The translations under genes were made by a program, and so were the position numbers. DNA of 64,000 bases, from positions 930,001 to 994,000 of the forward strand of contig CBFFSA010000003.1 of assembly GCA_965644495.1 (NCBI GenBank), given 5' to 3'. Under the pieces are notes generated by a model. It was not told the origin of the DNA. It did not search any database and saw nothing but the letters and a program-made list of their open reading frames with translations. The DNA is from Perkinsela sp. CCAP 1560/9. Lineage: Eukaryota > Protista > Euglenozoa: Kinetoplastea. Of the stretch, positions 32,928-44,067 are shown in pieces; position 1 is the stretch's first letter, and the number at the start of each line of letters is the position of its first letter.

Positions 32928-34124
32928 TCATGCCCCTTTATTCCGTGTGCGGTATATATCCTTTACAATGTTCTTATGAAGTGCCTCTGTGGTGCCTCCG
33001 CCTATCTCCAGCACCTTAGCGGCGCGCCACATGCGCTCCACGACCATTTCTCTGGAGTAGCCCAGAGCTCCAGTGACCTGCATTGCGCAGTCTGCCACAT
33101 GCTTCGCCACAGGTGCCACGAAAAGCTTCGTTGCGTCTGTTTGGGCCCGTGACCGCGTCTCAGGTCGTAGTCCGGCGCCAATGGTGTAGGTCACAACCCT
33201 TGCCGCCTGTGTGCTGGCGTAGCACTCCGCAATATGTCGTTGGATTTGACCAAATTGAGTGATTGGCTTCCCGAAGCACTTTCGTTGCGAGGCATACTGC
33301 GTCATCTCCTCGAGACACCGGTCGGCGATCCCCAGCCCAATCGACGACAGTGTCACGCGCTCGACCTCGAAGGTATGCATCGTGGGTCGTAAAGACGATG
33401 CCGATTTGAGGTCGCCTCCTAGCAAATTTTCCGAGGGCACCCGGAGGTTTTCAAACCACAACTCACACATATTCGCCGAGCCCATGCCGCACTTATCAAT
33501 CACCGGTCCCCGACGTAACCCCGGAGAATTACGTTCGACCAGGAAGGCTCGGAGATGAGTTCCTAGATAGGCATAGATGAGGTAGAGATCGGCATGGGCT
33601 CCGTTAGTGATCCATTTTTTGCCTCCGTTCAGCACATAATCCCCTTTCCTGAGCTCCGCGCGTGTTTTCATTGCGAGAATATCCGTACCCCCCTCGGGTT
33701 CACTCATGGCAAAAGCCGCCAACAATTCACCTGAGCAAAGCCCAGGGAGATATTTTTCTTTTTGTAAATTCGTACCTGTGTGATATAAATGGTTGGTGAC
33801 GAGCACCGAGTGAGCAAGATACGCGAGAGCGAAACCAGGATCCTCCCACGCAAGCTCCTGGTGAGCCATGATGGATGCGGTGAGATCCATACCGGAGCCA
33901 CCATAGGACTTAGGAATAGTAAGACCTAATAATGAGGATTTCCCGGCCTGCTTGAAAAGATCTAGGTTGAATTTCCCGTTCGTATCGTGTTGTGAAGATT
34001 GAGGTACAACGTGCTTGTTGCGGAATTTTTGAAGCTGTCTGCGGAGCGCTGCGTGTGATTTGGAAGGTGTAAAGAGTTTCTCTAAACCTTGATGGCTGCA
34101 TGCTTTTATAAAAGTGCACTTCAT
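32928..34124 (-). CDS. IVD: Isovaleryl-CoA dehydrogenase (acyl-CoA dehydrogenase family)
   Basis: YLAHS, AMSEPEGGTD, LNGGKKWITNG, RKCFGKPI..FGQIQ, EIGGGT.E. Confidence 0.9.
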   Translation of the reverse strand: MKCTFIKACSHQGLEKLFTPSKSHAALRRQLQKFRNKHVVPQSSQHDTNGKFNLDLFKQAGKSSLLGLTIPKSYGGSGMDLTASIMAHQELAWEDPGFALAYLAHSVLVTNHLYHTGTNLQKEKYLPGLCSGELLAAFAMSEPEGGTDILAMKTRAELRKGDYVLNGGKKWITNGAHADLYLIYAYLGTHLRAFLVERNSPGLRRGPVIDKCGMGSANMCELWFENLRVPSENLLGGDLKSASSLRPTMHTFEVERVTLSSIGLGIADRCLEEMTQYASQRKCFGKPITQFGQIQRHIAECYASTQAARVVTYTIGAGLRPETRSRAQTDATKLFVAPVAKHVADCAMQVTGALGYSREMVVERMWRAAKVLEIGGGTTEALHKNIVKDIYRTRNKGA

Positions 34125-34516
34125 GAATCATACACGACGTAAAAACAGTAGCGCTAGGTGTACTACAAAAGACGATAATTTATGCTAAAGCAGTAAATTC
34201 ACAAAAGGAAACGGTGGATAAAAAATTCGAAGTGGAAAAAAAGTTGTTGTATTCAAGAAGGAACGAATAAATCCAACGCAAACATCTGACGTTACAAGGC
34301 AGCATTTTAACTGAAATTAACAACGCCCAGGAGCACGTACAATATTGAAATTCTTAGTTCTTTGAATAATTTTGGAAAACACATGATCGAAAAATTTATT
34401 TAGACGATTTCATAACTGTGGGAATCCCACAAGGGTTGCCAAACTTACGGTGTAATAAAATCAAGCCCCGATTGCTGAAAAAACTAATCTCTACTACCAG
34501 CCACGTGATTGTCACT

Positions 34517-36025
34517 CTAATGATAATCCGCATAGGTATACTTCTTTTCAAACCTCACGGGAGGCTCGACTTCTGTGGATTCTCCGCGTAGGGTAATGTT
34601 ACACCTTGGAGGACTTAGCTTGGGATCTGGATGATTCACTACGGAGATTTGAAACTTCAGTGTTTGCTCCGGAGAAAGCGGAAGAAACTTGGGCAGCGCA
34701 AACGACGTGGGAGGCACATCGGACTCGTCCTTCGTCGGACCGCACTCCACTCGAAACCCGCTACTGGCCCTCGTCACATACTCCACATCACAAAACAGGG
34801 TAAGAAAGTGTACCGTACTCGCTGCAGGGTACGAAAGCTTTAACTCAAAACTGCGGTCCAAGGAACAGTTTTCTACCGTAATCTCCGACGCCGTTACACG
34901 AGCAATCGTCGCGGGGTGGGTCACAATCGTGTTGGCCGGCACCGACCCCGTGGTGGGCTCACTCTCCACACACTGTCGCATCGCATCCATGCGAAACCCA
35001 TACACATTCGACCACCACTCCAGCGTACTTTGATGGTAGTCATAATCCGACAACCCCACCGCCTTCAACGTTGCCGCACTCGGCATCACCTCTCCCCCAG
35101 GCGCCAAAAAACACGCCCTCGCGGTCACCAAATCCTCAACCCCCTTCACATCATTCACCAGCAAATTCGACACCCAGTCCATAAAAATAAAATCAAACTG
35201 CGCAAAACCCCCCTCCCCCTCCCCCCTCAACCCCTCCGGCACCGCTTCCCCCCGAGCGCTCATCCCCACCACCTCCCCCACCGAATGCTGCACATACCGC
35301 AGCCTCCCCCCCTCTCCCCCCTCTCCCCCCATCCCATTCCCCTCCGCGACCTCCCGGCACAGCGGGACCACCGCGCTGGGGTCCAGCACCACCACCGCCG
35401 CGGCCCCGTGCCTCGCGCACAGCATCGGCAGCAGCCCCATCCCCGCGACCCCCCCGAGGAACAGCACGCGCCGGCCCGCGGTGTGGGCCGTGAAGAGGTG
35501 GCGGGTGAGGGCCTGGGTGCGGGGGCGGGAGGCGGAGAGCCACGGGGGGTGGAAAGAGATGCGGGACTTGTGGTCCGTGTAGAGGGAGCGGGAGGTGGGG
35601 GTGCGCTCGGAGGGGGTCGCGAGGAGGGTGACCTCACGGGGGGGTTGTTGTTGTTGTTGTTGCTGTTGTTGTTGTATTTGTTGTTGTTGTTGTTTTATTT
35701 GCTGTTGCTGTTGTTGTTGTTGTTGTTGTTGTTTTTGTTTTATTTGTTGTTTTTGTTGTTGTTGCTGTTGTTGTTGTTGTTGACCTTTTTGAGCTTTTGG
35801 TTTTACTTTTTTGTGTGTGTTGTTTTGGGGTTTTTGAACGTGTGGGGGGGAGGAGGGTTGTGGGGAAGAGAGGGTGGTTGTAGGGATCTGTGGGGAGGGG
35901 GGAGGGGGGGTTCTAGGGTGGGTTTTGGGTTTTGGACTTTGCTCTGGTTTTGGGGCGTGTGTGCGAGGTTGTGGGGGAGAAGGAGACGGTGGGGTGGGAT
36001 GTTGATTTTGAATGTTTTTGGACAT
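34517..36025 (-). CDS. Protein arginine methyltransferase-like protein, probably catalytically inactive; polyQ/Pro-rich N-terminus
   Basis: RVL..G..G.G.L...AR.GA..V, FD.I..DW, FLAPGG..MP, WWSNVYGF.M. Start set at the first ATG (MSKNIQ). Confidence 0.85.
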   Translation of the reverse strand: MSKNIQNQHPTPPSPSPPQPRTHAPKPEQSPKPKTHPRTPPPPSPQIPTTTLSSPQPSSPPHVQKPQNNTHKKVKPKAQKGQQQQQQQQQQKQQIKQKQQQQQQQQQQQIKQQQQQIQQQQQQQQQQPPREVTLLATPSERTPTSRSLYTDHKSRISFHPPWLSASRPRTQALTRHLFTAHTAGRRVLFLGGVAGMGLLPMLCARHGAAAVVVLDPSAVVPLCREVAEGNGMGGEGGEGGRLRYVQHSVGEVVGMSARGEAVPEGLRGEGEGGFAQFDFIFMDWVSNLLVNDVKGVEDLVTARACFLAPGGEVMPSAATLKAVGLSDYDYHQSTLEWWSNVYGFRMDAMRQCVESEPTTGSVPANTIVTHPATIARVTASEITVENCSLDRSFELKLSYPAASTVHFLTLFCDVEYVTRASSGFRVECGPTKDESDVPPTSFALPKFLPLSPEQTLKFQISVVNHPDPKLSPPRCNITLRGESTEVEPPVRFEKKYTYADYH

Positions 36026-36569
36026 TTTTTTGCGTGCAGGCTTGCTGCTGGTGGAGAGGAGGGATGAGGTGTAGAGTAACGGGTGTAGGGTGCTATTGAG
36101 GAATGAAAATGTTCGGAGACGAAGATGGAGGTGGCAAGAAGAAAAAATGCAACGGTGCAGGAGAGGTGACGGCCGAACCAAGATTTAAACGAGTAGAATT
36201 TAGTAAGGAAATTGAATTTATGCAAGATGACAGTCTCGTAATAAAGAGGAAGAAAGATTCTTTATAATGTATAAAGAATTGATCACTTTCACGGGGACAG
36301 TTTTCACGAATAAATGTTGCTAGAATAGGAGCTATACAGAATTGACTTGGTTGACATACCGTTTGTTGAAGATAATGGAAAGCCCCGTAGAATTATTGAA
36401 AGGAATGAAGATTGAATGTTGTTCTCACTCAGCAAATGAAATAGGAGTAACGTCAAAAGACGATCAGTGGTCAATACAACGTGTTCCAAGAAACTGGAAA
36501 CCCCAAAAATAGCGTTCCCACCTCCTGTACATGATTATTTCGTCGAAAGTGATAGACGTAGCGCCTGAC

Positions 36570-38948
36570 TCACCCAATTTCATGATAGAGAGATTTCTGT
36601 TTGTTGCGGCGCAATGCGCGAAAACCCTTGTCCTCTCTTCTCGTTCCAGAACCTCTACCGCTTTGCGCAATCCAGGACTTCTCTTCAGAGGGTGCATGTG
36701 ATGTGACATCCACATTCCTCTTTTGTGTCTTAATATCTCTTCGGTGCTTGCGCTGTTCAAAGAGAGTTTGTGTCGACAAACGTCGTACCTCGTCATGTAC
36801 GTTCCCCTCGCGTATGATACGAGCACGACTATTCCGGGTATGAAAATTGAGCGGTGAACCAAGTGGAGAGTATCCCCACGGAGGCGCCTTTCTTTCTACA
36901 CACCTGCTTTCAGTGTGATCAAATCGGCCACATATTCGACAACGACGAATCGTTTCAGTTCTCTCCGCGTTAGTCGTAGAAATCCCCTCACCCTTCCCTA
37001 GCTGCGTTTCTTCCTCGCTGCTCCTTTTAGCTGGAATCGTACATACCCGCGAAAACGCGTGAACGCAAACATGAAAAAAATGGCCCCGAACACCGCAAAT
37101 AACGCAAAAGGGGAGACGCTTCGCAGCTTGTGCAGTAAAACTGCTTGAGGTATTCTCTCCACTGGAAGCAAAGTCTCGCACAGCTTCAACTAGAGAAGTC
37201 GATGATCGCTGCACTCGAGAGCATCGATCTTGTGTGTGAAAACCCCCACATGAGGGACAAGGCCGCAACAATCCCTCACGTCTCCTCCGGGTGAGTCGAT
37301 TTTCTTTTTCCGTCTCTGAAAGAAGGGAAAGTTCCGCTGGGGGAAGCGCTGTTACGGATAAGCTCATGTCCTCTTCGTGGAATGATACATCAGTTGGTTT
37401 CTGCTCATCAGAGGCGATTGTGGTATCCTGTGCTTGTACCACTGAACTTTCATTCCTCGAATCTATATGATGATTTGTCTGTGAGACCGGAAACTCAAAT
37501 TTGGTAAGTAAACTTGGATTCGGTCGCATCCCCTCTTCGATAGCTTCAATAGATAAGGGTACTCCTCGACTCCACTGACGAAAAGGTTTCGGAATCGGAA
37601 TTTCAACAACGCATCTTTTGAACTGATCTCTAACTCCTCTGTTACCGTCCCACCCAATAGTTTCTGCGCAGGAATTCCTTTCAGAAATCTTATCATGTTG
37701 AAAGTGTTGCGCCTCGATATGACGTACCATCTGAGCATGCTTCAATAAAATGATGTTTTCTTCTATTACAGGATCAGGAAAGTCAATTTTAGTGCAACAT
37801 AAGCCAAGGTGTAAAAAATTAGACTCTGTGGGCTTTAAGGCTAAATCCATCAAGTACTCCTCCACCGGTCCTCTAAAGTCGCAAGAAATATCTTTGAACG
37901 TATTTATTACTCTGTGCTGCTCATCTTCCGTAATATTTTTCAACGAGCATACCTTTTCCCACATACGTTTCGCAAAATCGATGTCATAAACGGTATCATT
38001 CAAAACCGGACACTTCTTATCTGCCAAAAGGCAGCGCATTCCCTCTTCGGTTCCCTCGATAAGCTCAATTTCATACATGTATCGCATTTTTATAGAACCA
38101 CTAGCTCCTAGTTGGTTGGTATCAGATTCATCCCTTCCATTGGGACATGGATATGATGCCAATAAACGGACTGAAAAAGAGACCTTGGAACCTTTGTGTG
38201 GTCCAAATGAACAGCCAGGAATAACAGCAAGGTACTCTATGGGCTGCAACCATGGATGTTGTGGAGCCAAACTGCAACCTGGGGCTAGAAAAAGCGAAGC
38301 TATCCGATGTACGCGCTGAGGAGAGTTGTCTTTTCCGGTCATTAGAAAATGAGATTTTAACACAAAACCTGAAATTAGTCGCCTTGGAAGAGGAATCCTT
38401 GGCTGTGCGGTTTTGCACGGTCGAGTCGCCAATTCTGTAGGATTCTTCGATCCATTTTCACTCCCGGTAAAGCGCGCTGATTTAATATTGTATGAACTAC
38501 GAGCTATGGAGCCGGCGCGCTCATTCTGCTGAGTAAGAAGTTCATCCTCGGGGTTTGCTTCGCACAGAACAGTATAAGTTCTTCTTAAAAATAACCCTTC
38601 GGCGCACCGGCGGAAAAAATATACGTTTGGTGATGAATGAGCACAGAGTAATAGACCACGAGTTTCTTTAGACATGTTCCACGGAATTCCAACACAATAT
38701 CTGTTGTCAACATGGTATAGGTCAACGAACTTGCCCACACTTCCCGTTTCCTCAGATCGATCAGGTTTTTGCGATTTTGTGCAGTATTTACCCATAAGCA
38801 TAAGTCGATATAGAACACTATCGGAGGAGGTGAGGTCCTTCAAAGTGGCCTTTTCATTGGTTGTAGTTGTAGGCAACCCGAAAGGCTTAAAAACGGTAAA
38901 CCATGGATCAGTCAAAGATTTGTGAAGAACGCGAAGCAGATGCACCAT
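36570..38948 (-). CDS. RluA-family pseudouridine-synthase-like protein with three CCHC zinc knuckles
   Basis: FKPFGLP (motif I), NMSKETRGLLL (motif II-like), ELIEG..MRCLLA...PVLND.VY (motif III); CPSCGGFH..C, CVICGVRGH..C, CRICGRFDH..C. Confidence 0.7.
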   Translation of the reverse strand: MVHLLRVLHKSLTDPWFTVFKPFGLPTTTTNEKATLKDLTSSDSVLYRLMLMGKYCTKSQKPDRSEETGSVGKFVDLYHVDNRYCVGIPWNMSKETRGLLLCAHSSPNVYFFRRCAEGLFLRRTYTVLCEANPEDELLTQQNERAGSIARSSYNIKSARFTGSENGSKNPTELATRPCKTAQPRIPLPRRLISGFVLKSHFLMTGKDNSPQRVHRIASLFLAPGCSLAPQHPWLQPIEYLAVIPGCSFGPHKGSKVSFSVRLLASYPCPNGRDESDTNQLGASGSIKMRYMYEIELIEGTEEGMRCLLADKKCPVLNDTVYDIDFAKRMWEKVCSLKNITEDEQHRVINTFKDISCDFRGPVEEYLMDLALKPTESNFLHLGLCCTKIDFPDPVIEENIILLKHAQMVRHIEAQHFQHDKISERNSCAETIGWDGNRGVRDQFKRCVVEIPIPKPFRQWSRGVPLSIEAIEEGMRPNPSLLTKFEFPVSQTNHHIDSRNESSVVQAQDTTIASDEQKPTDVSFHEEDMSLSVTALPPAELSLLSETEKENRLTRRRREGLLRPCPSCGGFHTQDRCSRVQRSSTSLVEAVRDFASSGENTSSSFTAQAAKRLPFCVICGVRGHFFHVCVHAFSRVCTIPAKRSSEEETQLGKGEGISTTNAERTETIRRCRICGRFDHTESRCVERKAPPWGYSPLGSPLNFHTRNSRARIIREGNVHDEVRRLSTQTLFEQRKHRRDIKTQKRNVDVTSHAPSEEKSWIAQSGRGSGTRREDKGFRALRRNKQKSLYHEIG

Positions 38949-39066
38949 AATAAACGTTCAGTCTGATGCGCTACACTAAGAGGAACATAACCACATAAAC
39001 AAGATTTTTCCGTGACCAGAAAGTGACGCTATGCCCTCATAATATTCAGATATAATAAATAATGAC

Positions 39067-39196
39067 GACATCACAGTAGCAAGAACATCACAGTAGCAAG
39101 GACATCACAGTAACAAGTACATCACAGTAACAAGGACATCAAAATAACAAGGACATTACAGTAACAAGGACATCGCATTAACAAGGACATGACAAG
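39067..39196. repeat. 17-bp minisatellite GACATCACAGTARCAAG, ~7 units
   Basis: Read directly from the sequence. Confidence 0.9.
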
Positions 39197-39725
39197 AAGA
39201 ATTTTTTCGTGGTATATTTTAATACCGCCCCCCTATACTTTCCTCACGGGCAATGACAGGGTTTTCGGATTTAAAACTTTTCTTGCGCAGACATTATTCT
39301 TACGGTCAAATGTACAGAATATTTTCTGAAGACTTTTGCAAGTGTGCGATCTTCGGTGGTTTTAACCAAATATGGTGGGACGACATTACAAGAGAAGAAT
39401 GACTGAAGTTCAAAATTAAATGGCAGAGGTTGTAAAACCACCGCAATATTGAAGTTCTTTTCTTTAAACCACTCGAACACAAATTCGAAAGGATGCTTTG
39501 TGAGATTTCAATTTTTAAATTGAATGCCGTTCAATAGACGTTTTTTCTACGACTCCCGTAGAAGAAACGGGAATAAAAATTAGTTTGCACTGTTGTGGCA
39601 CGGTGTTCGATGTACTGTCTTCAATGTATGCTTTTCGATGTATGCTTCTGGAATATCGAAAGTTAAGAGCCTCATGATATCATAACGAATCAGTGAAAGT
39701 ACAGTACATCAATGAAGAACTTTTT

Positions 39726-40373
39726 TCAGAATGTAGGCTTAAATATAGCTCTCAGGTTGATTTCAGGCTTTTTTATGCTTGTTGTATGATGAAATATCTC
39801 CTCATCGTTGTGTTTCTTGTCCCCAATAATAAAGGAATCATCAGATTCCTCTTCAGAAAGTAGCTTGATTGTGTGAAACAGGTCTGATATTTCCGCAGTC
39901 CAACTTTCTGGATGAGATAGATCAATATTTTTTTGCACCACTTTGTGCCCTCTAGCTTCTAGATATTTCACTTCTCTATCAGAGTAAGCTCGAATGTATG
40001 CCATTGCATCTCCTAGACGACTGAAATCCATGTAACGGAAGAACAAGTATATGGCGCTCGCTGTTAGAATGAAAGCGAGTATGCTTCCGTATAACAAAGC
40101 TTGCAAAGCAAATGAAAACACTTCGGGAGGAATAGAGCAAACTTTCACGCCGTCCAACTTTTCGTACTCCAAAATATCCTCTACAGTATCGCAAGTATCC
40201 CATAGGGGAGTGCTTTTATCCCCTCTCGACGCTGGAAGCAGAGCATCTGTCTTGGTTGTCCGGCATTTCTTTTGAGCTGTTGCACTAGTTTTTTTCCGGT
40301 GTAAAAAAGCCAATTGAAAAAATCGTATTTTGCGAATGGCAAGGTCAACTCTGCGAAATCCGAAAAATTGCAT
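39726..40373 (-). CDS. Hypothetical single-pass membrane protein, basic N-terminus (possibly mitochondrial; weak TMEM242/DUF1358-like pattern)
   Basis: 215-aa ORF on the cluster strand with the hydrophobic segment ALQALLYGSILAFILTASAIYLFF. Confidence 0.65.
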   Translation of the reverse strand: MQFFGFRRVDLAIRKIRFFQLAFLHRKKTSATAQKKCRTTKTDALLPASRGDKSTPLWDTCDTVEDILEYEKLDGVKVCSIPPEVFSFALQALLYGSILAFILTASAIYLFFRYMDFSRLGDAMAYIRAYSDREVKYLEARGHKVVQKNIDLSHPESWTAEISDLFHTIKLLSEEESDDSFIIGDKKHNDEEIFHHTTSIKKPEINLRAIFKPTF

Positions 40374-40445
40374 AAAAAATTGAAGTTCGAAGCCTAGAAA
40401 CTATTTTATAATTAAGGAAGCTTGCGTTATTAATTAGGGCATATA

Positions 40446-40529
40446 ATTGAGGGGCTGCGGGTGAGGCCCAAGACGAGATCACGCGAGGTCATGCGAGAAC
40501 ACGCGAGATCATACCCGCAGCCCCTCAAT
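40446..40529. mobile_element. Tiny inverted-repeat element
   Basis: Perfect 17-bp TIR ATTGAGGGGCTGCGGGT / ACCCGCAGCCCCTCAAT with internal CGAGATCA repeats. Confidence 0.65.
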
Positions 40530-41177
40530 CATAGGGTCTGTAGTATCTGTAACACAATACATATGGAGAGTACATGGGTGGGCACCTTCAGAGTGGGGGG
40601 GTCTAAAATTCGTAAAACTTGTTCAATTTTGGAAAGTAATAGCGCATTCGAGAGCTCTCAAATAGTCTGGTGTAATCGTAAAAAGCACTCTGCGAAAGTT
40701 TACGGGAATGTAGTAGGCCTGTGTAAGTTCGTGTTGGTACGTGTCGAGCTGTGTAGGTACGTGTAGGTTCGTTGTAATCCGTGTAGGTTCGTGTAGTTTT
40801 TTTTGACATTTTTGAGAGGGATCAATGCCTCGGTCTCTATTATGATTGCATTACTGAAAAAAAAAATACAGTACATCAAGAACCCTATTCGTTGAATATA
40901 AATCTCGATTTACCCCCATGTCAACGCGAGTAGAGTACTCAAATTGATGAGTATCACGCGTACGGAACGCGAGTATGGTACTGAGGTACGCGTGAAAGTA
41001 TGTAGGAATCGGAAAAAAAAAGTGGTTCTGTGTAACTCTGTGTGAATTCGTGTAGATGCGTTTTTACTTTTTTGCTGAACCCCAACCTAGCCCATCTGCA
41101 GACTCTCCTATGATATACGGCATATCACAAGGCAAGTTTAGAAACTTAAGTAAACATTAAGTACTATTAATGGCTAT

Positions 41178-41637
41178 GTCTCTACTTCGTTGACTGTAAA
41201 TCCGACTGTCAACGAAGTGACTGCCATTTGGTTGACCCGTCCACGAGTGTGATTTGATCAACGCTAAAATCTGTCACATTTGTTATCTGCGAGACCTTCG
41301 AGGAAGTCGTCGTTGCTACGACAAAAAGCAGAAGGCGGGAAGCAGGAGCCTTCTTCTTTTTGCCGTAGCGACTTCTTCGCATGGGAATCTGCGAGGAGCC
41401 CAACAACAACAAGGAGGCCTATGATCTGCTTTGGAACCACGGAATAGGGGAGCTGTTAGGATTGGGTTCAACATTAAATTCCTGAAAATCTTTCATACAA
41501 TCGGTCAAAAACGCTTCGATGAGACTCATCTAAAGTTTTATCAGAGTTGCGTTTCGTGAGCAGAGAATTCACACTCGTTCGGATGCACTGGCAACGAACT
41601 GTCTGCCATTTGGTTTACCTGTCAACGAAATAGAGAC
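41178..41637. mobile_element. Putative MITE with ~17-24-bp TIRs and subterminal direct repeats
   Basis: GTCTCTACTTCGTTGAC / GTCAACGAAATAGAGAC; CTGCCATTTGGTT is repeated near both ends. Confidence 0.6.
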
Positions 41638-41644
41638 GGACCCC

Positions 41645-41963
41645 TATTAAACGGGGGTACGACTTAATGTACAGGGGGGTATAATGCGGGGGGGTGGGGG
41701 GTATCTTAACTCCAATGTTTTTTTGCGGTAAACCAAAAAGGACCTGTTTTTTTGCAGTAACCAAAGAGGTCAGAAGGGGCAATACATGATGGCACCGTGG
41801 AAAACAAGGGAGTGGGGGGTATAAACACTCTTTTTTTTTGAGCGTTTATACCCCCCACCCCCTTGTTTTCCATGGTGCCCAGGGGGGGTATGTTGGATAG
41901 CGATTATACCCCCACGGTATATAAAAGGGTACCCGGTACATTAAGTCGTACCCCCGTTTAATA
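41645..41963. mobile_element. Foldback MITE with a 28-bp perfect TIR and an internal 89-bp palindrome
   Basis: TATTAAACGGGGGTACGACTTAATGTAC / GTACATTAAGTCGTACCCCCGTTTAATA; inner hairpin at 41791-41879. Confidence 0.75.
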
Positions 41964-42196
41964 AGAACCCCTATTATATAAGAATTGGCATTATAAGAAT
42001 AGACTGTTAAGTCCTCTTAGACTGTTACATCCACATGTAATAAAAGCGTTTTCAAAGGGCGGGCGCGCACTGTCCAATCGTTAGTATCATAGGTAAGTAT
42101 ATTTCGGATGAAATTTCCAAAATCGGAAAAAATACAAGACCTGTAGGGGGGTACATGTCGCTGAACACCACTGCACATTGTACTATCATACATGTA

Positions 42197-42759
42197 CAGG
42201 GGGGATCAGCTAATGCTGGGGGGTGTCTAAAATTTGTAAAACATGGCCATTTTTGGAAAATAATAGCACATTCGAGAGCTCTCACACAGCCCTCCTGTGG
42301 AGGATATATCGTTCCCCATGCTTTTACACACTACGCATTTTAGAGTGAAATACATTTGTGCGACTTGCATTTTTGCAATTTTTTCGATTTCTTTTGAGAT
42401 TTCTCCTGTTTTCATCATTCATGCCTCAAAGACGAGTATCTTCACGTTCACTTCGGGAGAAATAGCCGGAGAGCCGTTTCTCGGCCCCGGGTACATAAAT
42501 ATTGTTATAGAGAGGAACGGGGGTCACTGTGAGTATTAGGTTTGGCTTTACGTTTCGGGGAAAAAACGTCAGAATTTCTTAAAAAACTTGCAATCGACGT
42601 TTTTGACCCTCCCACCATTTAATAAAACTGTTGATTTTATGCAAAACGACATATCCTCCACAGGAGGGCTATGTGAGAGCTCTCGAATCCGCTATTATTT
42701 TCCAAAATTGGCCAAGTTTTACAAATTTTGGACTCCCCAGCATTAGCTGATCTCCCCTG
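42197..42759. mobile_element. Tc1-family internal-deletion derivative with ~115-bp TIRs
   Basis: TA|CAGGGGGGATCAGC...GCTGATCTCCCCTG|TA; retains the transposase tail NIVIERNGGHCEY*. Confidence 0.92.
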
Positions 42760-42855
42760 TATTAAATACAAAATACTATTTTGTATGATCCGATTACAAA
42801 GATTAGAATGCTACTTCTGTGAAAATTTCGTAACGCAAAATAGAAAAAAACCGTT

Positions 42856-43599
42856 TCACCCTACTTCTCCCTCTTCAGCAAGAAAATCTAAAGCGTCAAA
42901 ATCCTGAACCTTGTCTTGTTCCCTCTGATTGACAGGAATAATGAAGTTTTGCGCCAACAAAATTACATTTAACGAATCTGGAACTTTTTTATAATCAACC
43001 TCACCTATAAGTTCATTTCCGGTAAGATCCAAATGATGGATGCGTGGAGGAAGCTGATCAAGAGTCACACGTCCCACGAAGTTATTCCTCGCAAGATCAA
43101 GAAACTCAAGATACACTGGCAAATGAATCAGATGAAGAGGCCCACGGAAATTATTATCACGTAAACGAAGATAGCGTAAAGGCGTAGGCATATCCGAAAG
43201 CTCTAGTCCCCCTTCAAGAAAATTTCTGCAGCCAATAGATGAATATCCGATGGTGTGAGAAAAACTGCTTCCAAGATCAAGATGAAGCATTGTTCGAGGA
43301 AGAAATTCCCATGCCACATTTCCGCGCAGTCGAAGACCCGTCCATGTAATTCGTTCTACATTCCCTTGTGCATCACATTGGACGCCTTTCCATTTACAGG
43401 GCAGTGCTTCTGTTGTCCACTCTTCGATGCCATGGCTAATATTCGCTATTAGATTCGGAATGAGCATAGAGGCGGGAAGTAAAGCTCCGCGAACTTTTCT
43501 AGCCCGCTGCACATCACGAGCGTTCTTAGCAATACTGGACAGAAAAACGTGGCCAATAAAAACTATTAGGCCATTGAACATTGTTTGCAATTGGATCAA
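42856..43599 (-). CDS. Leucine-rich repeat protein
   Basis: CKWKGVQC cap and LPxxL..L.L..N.F.G repeats; the first ATG is a few codons inside the ORF. Confidence 0.9.
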   Translation of the reverse strand: MIQLQTMFNGLIVFIGHVFLSSIAKNARDVQRARKVRGALLPASMLIPNLIANISHGIEEWTTEALPCKWKGVQCDAQGNVERITWTGLRLRGNVAWEFLPRTMLHLDLGSSFSHTIGYSSIGCRNFLEGGLELSDMPTPLRYLRLRDNNFRGPLHLIHLPVYLEFLDLARNNFVGRVTLDQLPPRIHHLDLTGNELIGEVDYKKVPDSLNVILLAQNFIIPVNQREQDKVQDFDALDFLAEEGEVG

Positions 43600-43818
43600 T
43601 TTGGCATAGACAAGATCTCTGTAAATGATGTCAAAAATTTCGCGCCGTTAAAAAAATGTTACAAATGGAAATAATGAGAAATTTAGATAGAAATTGCACC
43701 TTAACGCTAAAATGGTCTCAAATTCCAATGAGTTTATTATTAACACGAACATCTCTCATGACCAAAACCGACGAAAGCAAAAACAAAAATCTATCAAAAA
43801 TTGTTTATCATGATACCT

Positions 43819-44067
43819 TCACCTCGTTCGTTGTAGTGTAATTGCAGAGTTCAAGCTTTCAACAACAAAATCCCGAACGCTAGGAGTCTCGACAGCCAGA
43901 ATCAGTGCTACAGCAGTGCAATATAAGGCGAGCTTGCGTCTCATATCACTGCGGTCGGCCTCAACTATTTCCCTCGGTGTTGCTTCTAAGTAGATTTTGC
44001 GCAAGGTGTCTCCTGCAGTGTATATTACGTTGGCACTCTCTACAATAGCTGTGAAAAAATTTTGCAT
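43819..44067 (-). CDS. Small hypothetical protein with one hydrophobic helix
   Basis: 82-aa ATG ORF on the cluster strand with protein-like composition. Confidence 0.5.
   Translation of the reverse strand: MQNFFTAIVESANVIYTAGDTLRKIYLEATPREIVEADRSDMRRKLALYCTAVALILAVETPSVRDFVVESLNSAITLQRTR

Noticed and set aside
35595-35783. Poly-cysteine protein
   Set aside because: Antisense reading of the CAA/CAG polyglutamine tract.
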